Assembly: GCA_044224715.1 (NCBI GenBank)
Contig: JBGAJV010000001.1
Coordinates: 38,186-102,185 of the forward strand
DNA from: Anaerolineales bacterium
GTDB taxonomy: Bacteria; Chloroflexota; Anaerolineae; Anaerolineales; UBA6663
Direction of reading: 5' to 3'
Length of the DNA stretch: 64,000 nt
The notes under the pieces: generated by a model
Databases searched by the model: none
The model's input: only the letters and a program-made list of their open reading frames with translations
What the model was told of the DNA's origin: nothing
Position numbers and translations under genes: made by a program
In this document: positions 56,517 through 62,705 of the stretch, in pieces
How the letters are laid out: each line of letters starts with the position of its first letter
Numbering within the stretch: position 1 is the first letter of the stretch

Positions 56517-56522
56517 GGCGGC

Positions 56523-57563
56523 ATGAAAGCAGTGTTGTATTCCGAGTTCAAATCGATGCCGCGCGTGGAGTCTGTGCCGGATCCGATTCCGCCGGCGGAT
56601 GGCGTGGTGGTGCGGGTACGCGCGACGGGGCTGTGCCGCAGCGACTGGCACGGCTGGCAGGGCCACGACTCCGACATCCAGACGCTGCCGCATGTGCCGG
56701 GCCACGAACTGGCCGGCGAGATCGTGGCCGTCGGCGCGGACGTGCGCGGCTGGCATGTCGGCGAGCGCGTGACCACGCCGTTCGTGCTCGCCTGCGGCGC
56801 CTGTCGGTCCTGTCTGAGCGGCGATCAGCAGGTGTGTGAGCGTCAATGGCAACCCGGCTTTCACGCCTGGGGCTCGTTCGCCGAATTCGTGGCGCTGCCG
56901 CATGCGGCCGGCAATCTCGTGCGCCTGCCCGACGACCTGGGCTTCGCCGAGGCCGCCGTGCTCGGCTGCCGCTTTGCCACGAGCTTTCGCGGCCTGACGG
57001 GTCGCGGACGCGTTCAAGGCGGCGAGTGGGTGGTCGTGATCGGGTGCGGCGGCGTCGGTCTGTCGGCCGTGATGATCGCGACGGCGCTGGGCGGTCACGT
57101 CATCGGCGTCGACCTGGACCCGGCGCGGCTGGCTCTGGCCCGGCTGTTGGGCGCCGTGCACGTTCTCGATGCCGGCGCCGTCGACGACGTGCCCGGGGCG
57201 GTCAAGACCCTCACGGATGGCGGCGCGCATGTGTCGATCGATGCCCTCGGCAGCGCCCGCACCTGCCGCGACGCCGTCCTCAGCCTGCGCCGCCGCGGGC
57301 GCCACGTGCAGATCGGGCTCCTGGCCGGCGACCAGGCCAACCCGCCGGTGCCGATGGGCGCCGTGATCGCGCACGAGCTCGACGTGCTCGGCAGCCACGG
57401 CATGGCCGCACACGCCTACCCCGACATGCTACGGCTGATCACCAGCGGTCGCTTGCCCGTCGCGCAACTGATCGGCGCGCGCATCGGGCTCGACGCCGCC
57501 GGACCGGCGTTGGCGGCCATGGATCGCTTCCCGGGCACGGGTGTGACCATCATCGAGCCGTGA
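56523..57563 (+). CDS. Zinc-dependent alcohol dehydrogenase (MDR family)
   Basis: GLCRSDWHGWQG and GHELAGEIVAVG. Structural-zinc cysteines CGACRSCLSGDQQVC. Rossmann motif VVIGCGGVGLS. Confidence 0.9.
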   Translation: MKAVLYSEFKSMPRVESVPDPIPPADGVVVRVRATGLCRSDWHGWQGHDSDIQTLPHVPGHELAGEIVAVGADVRGWHVGERVTTPFVLACGACRSCLSGDQQVCERQWQPGFHAWGSFAEFVALPHAAGNLVRLPDDLGFAEAAVLGCRFATSFRGLTGRGRVQGGEWVVVIGCGGVGLSAVMIATALGGHVIGVDLDPARLALARLLGAVHVLDAGAVDDVPGAVKTLTDGGAHVSIDALGSARTCRDAVLSLRRRGRHVQIGLLAGDQANPPVPMGAVIAHELDVLGSHGMAAHAYPDMLRLITSGRLPVAQLIGARIGLDAAGPALAAMDRFPGTGVTIIEP

Positions 57564-57602
57564 CATCGGGGCACATCGGGACACTCCCGGTGTGTCCCGA
57601 TG

Positions 57603-58118
57603 TCAGATCAAGGCCGCAATGGCAGTCGCCAGCCCCGCGAGGAGCAGGCTGACGAGCGTGATACCGACGAAGCCTTTGAGAAACCCGCGAAAGTGGAAGC
57701 CGTAGAACCGGCGGTTGTAGAGCGCCTCGGCGCCGCGCACGAGCACGAAGCGCGGTCGCCAGGTCTCGACGATCAGCCAGTCGACGATGAGCAGGTCGAT
57801 CACGTTGAACGACTGCAACGCGATCCAGATCGCGGCCGCGATCGGCCAGAACCCCGGAAAGCCGCACTGCCCGGCGATCACGCGCCAGATCAATAGACCG
57901 AGCGAACCGAAGATGATGGCGAACATCACAACCGCCACCCACACGGTCTGACGCTTCGCCAGCGCGCTCTTGGGCGGCAGCACGGCCTGAACTTCCGACG
58001 GGTAGTCGTGGACCCAGATCTCGGGGTTCCAGCGCAGGCTCACGATCACCAGGATGCTCAGCAGCATGCTGAGGATCACGCCCATCACCAGACTGTCCAA
58101 GACGATCGTGTTCCACAT
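57603..58118 (-). CDS. Integral membrane protein (171 aa), unknown function, last gene of the feo transcription unit
   Basis: Four or five hydrophobic segments, 27 nt downstream of the feoB permease gene. No family recognised. Confidence 0.55.
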   Translation of the reverse strand: MWNTIVLDSLVMGVILSMLLSILVIVSLRWNPEIWVHDYPSEVQAVLPPKSALAKRQTVWVAVVMFAIIFGSLGLLIWRVIAGQCGFPGFWPIAAAIWIALQSFNVIDLLIVDWLIVETWRPRFVLVRGAEALYNRRFYGFHFRGFLKGFVGITLVSLLLAGLATAIAALI

Positions 58119-58145
58119 GGTCGGGTCTCCAGGCGGCCTCTGGCC

Positions 58146-59546
58146 TCACGCCCAACCCAACAGGCGCGCGCCGGCCGCGACCAGGAAGCACACCACAAAG
58201 GCCAGGACCAGCGGTCCGAGCGCGCCGAGCGTCGTCCATTTGAGGCTGCGGGTCTCCTTCCACATCGTCATGATCGTCGTGGCGCACGGGTTGTGCAGCA
58301 ACGAGAACAGCATCAGATTGACGGCCGTCAGCGTCGTCCAGCTGTACTGGCCGACTAGGAGCGTGTGCATGTCCGAATAGGCCGGCAGATCCGTCATCAT
58401 CCCCGCGCCCAGGTACATCATCATCATGGTCGGCACCACGATCTCGTTGGCCGGGATCGCGATGATGTAGGCCAGCAGGATGACGCCGTCCAGACCGATG
58501 GCATTGCCGAGCGGTTTGAGCGCGTTGGCGACGTGCCAGGCCAGCGACGTGTCGCCGACGTAGATGTTGGCGAGCAGCCAGATCGCGGCGCCGGCGGGCG
58601 CGGCGGTCTGGATCGCGCGCCACAGGACGAAGATCGTCCGATCGATCAGCGACGTGTACAGGATCTGGCGCAGGTTCGGGCGGCGGAACGGCGGCAGCTC
58701 GAGCGAGAACGCCGACGCCTCGCCGCGCAAGAGTGTGCGCGACAGCAACCCCGAGATCACCAGCGTGAAGATGATGCCGATCACGACCACGGTCACGACC
58801 GACCCGGCCGCGACGACCGAGGTCAGCGCCGCCGGAAAGCTGGCGGCCACAAAGACCGTCGCCAGCATGATCAAGGTCGGGAAGCGGCCATTGCACGGGA
58901 CGAAATTGTTGGTCAGGATTGCGATCAGGCGCTCGCGCGGACTGTCGATGACCCGCGTGGCGATGATGCCGGCCGCGTTACAGCCGAAGCCCATGGCCAT
59001 CGTCAGCGACTGCTTGCCATGGGCGCCGGCCTTCTTGAAGAGCCAGTCCATGTTGAAGGCCACACGCGGCAGGTAGCCCAGGTCCTCAAGGAACGTGAAG
59101 CAGGGGAAGAAGATGGCCATCGGCGGCAGCATCACACTGATCACCCAGGCCAGGCTGCGAAAGACGCCGTCCCAGATAAAGCCGGTCAGCCACCAGGGCG
59201 CGCCAAGCGCCGTGAAGAGCGCGGCGCCCTGCGCCTCGACCCAGAACAAGGCCTGGGCCAGCATGGCCGAAGGCACGTTGGCGCCCGTGATCGTGAGCCA
59301 GAAGACGAGTGCCAGGATGGCGAGCATCAGGGGCAGCCCGAAGATCGGCGAGGTCAGCAAGCGGTCGACCGTGGTGTCCCAGGTCCAACGGCGCTGGCTG
59401 CCTTGCTGCACGGCCTTCGAGGCCATGCCTTCGGCCTCGCGATACAGCGACTGCACCAACGTGTCGCGGAAGTCGCCGGGGAGGGTCTGACGCAATTGAT
59501 CGGCCTGCGCCAGGAGGCGTTCGGCGGGGGTGGCGGTGGTGGTCAT
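58146..59546 (-). CDS. feoB: FeoB permease (membrane/gate) domain encoded as a separate gene
   Basis: VDRLLTSPIFGLPLMLAILALVFWLTI... followed by about 8 TM segments, with the FeoB gate-type blocks (GLDGVILLAYIIAIPANEIVVP). Confidence 0.85.
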   Translation of the reverse strand: MTTTATPAERLLAQADQLRQTLPGDFRDTLVQSLYREAEGMASKAVQQGSQRRWTWDTTVDRLLTSPIFGLPLMLAILALVFWLTITGANVPSAMLAQALFWVEAQGAALFTALGAPWWLTGFIWDGVFRSLAWVISVMLPPMAIFFPCFTFLEDLGYLPRVAFNMDWLFKKAGAHGKQSLTMAMGFGCNAAGIIATRVIDSPRERLIAILTNNFVPCNGRFPTLIMLATVFVAASFPAALTSVVAAGSVVTVVVIGIIFTLVISGLLSRTLLRGEASAFSLELPPFRRPNLRQILYTSLIDRTIFVLWRAIQTAAPAGAAIWLLANIYVGDTSLAWHVANALKPLGNAIGLDGVILLAYIIAIPANEIVVPTMMMMYLGAGMMTDLPAYSDMHTLLVGQYSWTTLTAVNLMLFSLLHNPCATTIMTMWKETRSLKWTTLGALGPLVLAFVVCFLVAAGARLLGWA

Positions 59547-59625
59547 GGCTTTACCTGCTACTGAGTTGACGCCAACGCGACTGGATGCCCTTCGCTGTTC
59601 AGTCGTGCGCGCCGATGGGCGATGC

Positions 59626-59645
59626 GGGCGACCAGAGGGTCGCTC
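59626..59645. repeat. GC hairpin (GGGCGACC-agag-GGTCGCTC) of the GGGCGNCC...CCTAC family in the gap between the two feoB genes
   Basis: The minus strand reads CAG TAG GAG CGA CCC TCT GGT CGC CCG, so the TAG stop of the FeoB G-domain gene is part of the element. Confidence 0.6.
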
Positions 59646-60458
59646 CTACTGAGCCCCTTGCAACGCGATCTTGCGGCTGAACCCGCGCACGGCCTGACGC
59701 TGACGGGCCGCGATCTCGGTCAATTCGCCGCTCAAGAGCGCCTGGCGGATGCGCAGGTCGCCATCGAGCAACCGCAGTGCGACCCAGCGCGGGTTGGGCA
59801 GGCCCGGCGCCGCCTGGTCGATCAGCGGCAACAGATCGCTGATGGCGGTCTCGAGCGCCGGCTGCGCTTTGACGCGTTTGGGTTGGACGACAACCTGATC
59901 GGTGACGATGTCGCGAACCGCGCCGAGGATGTCGCCCAGGCCTTCGCCGCTGCGGGCCGCGGCCGCGACGACCGGCACGCCGAGGTCGCGCGCGAGCGCC
60001 CGCACGTCGACGGCGATGTTCTTGCGGCGAGCCTCGTCCATCAGATTGACAACCACGACGGCGCGATCCGTAATCTCGAGCACCTGTAACACCAGGTTGA
60101 GGTTGCGCTCGAGACAGGTGGCGTCGTTCACGACGACAGTGCAGTCGGGCTGGCCGAACAGGATGAAGTTGCGCGCGATCTCCTCGTCTTGCGAGGCCGA
60201 CAGCAGTGAATACGTGCCCGGCAGGTCGACGAGCTTGTAGCGTTTGTTCTGGAACTGATAACCGCCTTCGGCACGCGTCACCGTCTTGCCGGGCCAGTTG
60301 CCCGTGTGCTGGCGCAGACCGGTCAGCGCGTTAAACACCGTGCTCTTGCCGGTGTTGGGGTTGCCGGCCAGCGCGATGAGATAGTCGAAGTTGCTGACGT
60401 CGACGCCCATCTGGGCCAGAGAGGCGTTCGCCGGACAGGTGGCGCAATCTTCAGTCAT
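59646..60458 (-). CDS. feoB: FeoB N-terminal GTPase + helical domain encoded as a separate gene (270 aa)
   Basis: G1 is GNPNTGKST, G3 is DLPGTYSL, G4 is NLMDEA. There is a 25-aa N-terminal extension containing CATCP. Confidence 0.9.
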   Translation of the reverse strand: MTEDCATCPANASLAQMGVDVSNFDYLIALAGNPNTGKSTVFNALTGLRQHTGNWPGKTVTRAEGGYQFQNKRYKLVDLPGTYSLLSASQDEEIARNFILFGQPDCTVVVNDATCLERNLNLVLQVLEITDRAVVVVNLMDEARRKNIAVDVRALARDLGVPVVAAAARSGEGLGDILGAVRDIVTDQVVVQPKRVKAQPALETAISDLLPLIDQAAPGLPNPRWVALRLLDGDLRIRQALLSGELTEIAARQRQAVRGFSRKIALQGAQ

Positions 60459-60460
60459 GG

Positions 60461-61513
60461 TCAGGCTCCTTGCGGCACAGCCGCATCATTGACCGCGGCG
60501 TCCGCGTCGTTGATCAAGACATGTTCGGCCTGGTCGCGCCGTAGAGCGATCAGGGTGCCGCGCACGCGATAGGCCACCGGGTCGCCCAGCATGCTTGGCA
60601 GCTCGGCCGTGATGCGCGCGCCCGGCGTCAGGCCGAGGTCGAGCAAGCGGCGCCGCGTGAAGCCCTGCAGGCCCTGATCGAGCGCGCCGACCTGGGCGGT
60701 CTCGCCGCGCTTGAGCGCCGTCAGCCGTCGCGACGTCTGTGCGCTCACGGCGGGCGCCTCGGCGACGAAGATGTTGGCGGCCAGCACCGGCGCCAGCGCG
60801 AAGGTTTTGTGCCCATCCGAGAGCATCAAGCGCTGCGGCGAGGCTTCCACCACGCGTACGACCTGACCGGGCCGCAGCCCCTCGGCCGCGATCTGGGCGA
60901 AGACGGCCGGAGGTTCGTCCTCGAGGTGAACGACCAACGCCGGCTGCCCGGTCGGCCAATCGGTGAGCGGCCGCGATTCGACTCGCGCCATCTCGCCGCG
61001 GACGGTCGGGATCGGGTCGCCGTGCGGGTCCGTCGTCGGGTGGCCGAGCAGGATCTCGAGCGCGGCGAGCTTGGACGCATCGGCGTCATGTTCGCGGCGC
61101 TCGGCCTCGGCGTGCACGTCGGCCAGCGGCATGCGCGCCTCGTCGACCAGATAGCGTTCCCACAGTCGGTGGGCGCGGATCACGCCAAGCGCCAATTGCT
61201 CGCCCTCGGGCGTCAATCGAAACCCGCCGGCGGCCGAGCGGATCAGGCCGCGGCTTTCCAGGCGCCGCACGAGTGCCACCGCGCGTCGGCTGGGCACGCC
61301 AAGCGCGCCGGCCAGGCCTTCGAGAGTGGCCGGCCGCCCGCCGCGCCATTCGCGCGCGTGGATGAACTTGAGGGCGTCCTCGGCCAGGTGGCGGTCGCGC
61401 TCGTCGCGCCAGCGCCGCCCGATGGCCAGCCCGCCGATGCGCGGGACGAACAGCCACACGCCCACAGCCAGGGCGACGACGAACAGTGCAACACTCAACT
61501 CAGCCATAGCCAC
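60461..61513 (-). CDS. Membrane-anchored DtxR/MntR-family protein fused to two FeoA (SH3-like) domains
   Basis: N-terminal hydrophobic helix ELSVALFVVALAVGVWLFV. wHTH region LAGALGVPSRRAVALVRRLESRGLI. Metal-site pattern HRLWERYL...DVHAEAERREH...DPHGDPIP. Two FeoA-like segments follow (LTDWPTGQPALVVHLED...GLRPGQVVRVVE and LTALKRGETAQVGALDQG...GLTPGARITAE). Start is GTG 61513 or ATG 61507. Confidence 0.8.
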   Translation of the reverse strand: MAMAELSVALFVVALAVGVWLFVPRIGGLAIGRRWRDERDRHLAEDALKFIHAREWRGGRPATLEGLAGALGVPSRRAVALVRRLESRGLIRSAAGGFRLTPEGEQLALGVIRAHRLWERYLVDEARMPLADVHAEAERREHDADASKLAALEILLGHPTTDPHGDPIPTVRGEMARVESRPLTDWPTGQPALVVHLEDEPPAVFAQIAAEGLRPGQVVRVVEASPQRLMLSDGHKTFALAPVLAANIFVAEAPAVSAQTSRRLTALKRGETAQVGALDQGLQGFTRRRLLDLGLTPGARITAELPSMLGDPVAYRVRGTLIALRRDQAEHVLINDADAAVNDAAVPQGA

Positions 61514-61514
61514 C

Positions 61515-62177
61515 TCACCGCTCTCGCGCTTCGACGAACACGTGATCCGTGATCGTGCGATCCAGCTCCTGCTCGCGGTCGCCGACCAGCACGGCCAGGG
61601 GACCGCCCGTCGGCGCGCGCATCACCCGGAGCGGCGCGCGCAACACGAGGCCGAGCTCCGTCAGACGCGCGAGAAAGTGTGCGTCCTCGTCGTGGACCCG
61701 CGCGACGTAGACCGTCTCGCCGGCGGCCACGGCGCTCAGCGCACGCCGGCAGGGTTCGGCGACCTGGCCCTCCCGCGTCGGGATCGGGTCGCCGTGCGGG
61801 TCGTGGCCCGGGTTGCCCAGGGCCGCCGCGATCTTGTCTTCGAACTCCTCCGAGATGACGTGCTCCAGTCGCTCGGCCTCGGCATGCACTTCATGCCAGC
61901 CGTAGCCGAGGGCCTCGGCCAGGTAGAGCTCGATCAGGCGATGGTGTCGGATCACCTCGAGCGCGATCTTGCGCCCGGCTTCGGTCAGCGCCACGCCGCG
62001 ATGACGTTCGTAATCCACCAGCGGCGGTTGCATCCGGGCGAGCTTCTGCACCATTTCGGTCACCGAGGCCGGCGCCACGGCCAGCCGTTCGGCCAGCGCC
62101 GAGGTGGTCACGCGGCCCGAGTCCTCGAGGAGCTCGTAGATCGCCTTCAAATAGTCTTCGGTGTTCGAACTCAGCAT
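61515..62177 (-). CDS. DtxR/IdeR/MntR-family metal-dependent repressor with C-terminal SH3-like domain
   Basis: Start ATG 62177 (MLSSNTEDYLKAIYELLE) with AGGAG SD. HHRLIELYL...EVHAEAERLEH...DPHGDPIP. Confidence 0.85.
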   Translation of the reverse strand: MLSSNTEDYLKAIYELLEDSGRVTTSALAERLAVAPASVTEMVQKLARMQPPLVDYERHRGVALTEAGRKIALEVIRHHRLIELYLAEALGYGWHEVHAEAERLEHVISEEFEDKIAAALGNPGHDPHGDPIPTREGQVAEPCRRALSAVAAGETVYVARVHDEDAHFLARLTELGLVLRAPLRVMRAPTGGPLAVLVGDREQELDRTITDHVFVEARER

Positions 62178-62186
62178 ACACTCCTC

Positions 62187-62202
62187 TTTAGGCTGGCCTA
62201 AA
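62187..62202. promoter_or_regulatory. DtxR-family-like palindromic operator (TTTAGGCT|GGCCTAAA); a second imperfect site lies at 62217-62235
   Basis: 7/8 symmetric half-sites of type TTAGG, immediately upstream of the SD of the dtxR-like gene. The second site is ATTTTAGGTTTGCCGAAAT. Confidence 0.5.
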
Positions 62203-62327
62203 TACAAGGGGACTATATTTTAGGTTTGCCGAAATGTCAACCGCTCTTACCTTGGACCTGTCAGGTCCATCCAGGATTCTCGAGTTTTCAAGGCGATCCA
62301 AAGAACGACAACTGTCGCGATTCTAAC

Positions 62328-62356
62328 TTGACGGACCCACAGAAGAGTCCTAATAT
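62328..62356 (+). promoter_or_regulatory. Sigma-70-type promoter: -35 TTGACG, 17-bp spacer, -10 TAATAT, 6 nt before ATG 62363 (leaderless geometry)
   Basis: TTGACGgacccacagaagagtccTAATATctgaatATG, read directly. Confidence 0.55.
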
Positions 62357-62376
62357 CTGAATATGTACTCAGATGT
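62353..62376. promoter_or_regulatory. Imperfect 10-4-10 inverted repeat (ATATCTGAAT-atgt-ACTCAGATGT) spanning the -10/start codon; candidate ArsR/SmtB operator
   Basis: 8/10 symmetric positions. TCTGA/TCAGA cores resemble the TGAA...TTCAGA-type operators I recall for SmtB/CzrA-like repressors. Confidence 0.4.
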
Positions 62377-62692
62377 TCAGCCGACAATACCCGTTCCCGC
62401 GCGACGCCTGGACGAAACCGAGGCGCTCTCGTTGGCCGAATTGTTTCGCGCCCTTGGCGACGCCAGCCGCGTGCGCATCCTGACCGCCCTGCTCTCTGGC
62501 GAGCACAACGTCGGCGAACTCGCCGATCAGGCGGCCATCAGCGAGAGTGCGGTGTCGCACCACCTGCGCGGTTTACGGCTGATGCGGCTGGTCCGCGCCG
62601 ACAAGCGTGGCCGGGCTGTCTATTACGCCCTGGCCGATGAGCACGTGCGCGTCCTGTTGCAGCAAGGCCTGGATCACGTCCGCCACGGTTGA
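62363..62692 (+). CDS. ArsR/SmtB-family metalloregulator (alpha5-site type)
   Basis: LAELFRALGDASRVRILTAL and the HTH NVGELADQAAISESAVSHHLRGLR. The C-terminal DEHVRVLLQQGLDHVRH fits the DxHx10Hx2H alpha5 metal site. Confidence 0.9.
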   Translation: MYSDVQPTIPVPARRLDETEALSLAELFRALGDASRVRILTALLSGEHNVGELADQAAISESAVSHHLRGLRLMRLVRADKRGRAVYYALADEHVRVLLQQGLDHVRHG

Positions 62693-62705
62693 GGTCAGCC
62701 CCGTC

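Noticed and set aside
56432-56522. LexA/SOS box upstream of dinB
   Set aside because: The only GAAC-containing candidates are CGAACGATTGGGTG and CCGAACACACAATC. Both match only one half-site of GAAC-N4-GTTC, and no CTGT-N8-ACAG is present.
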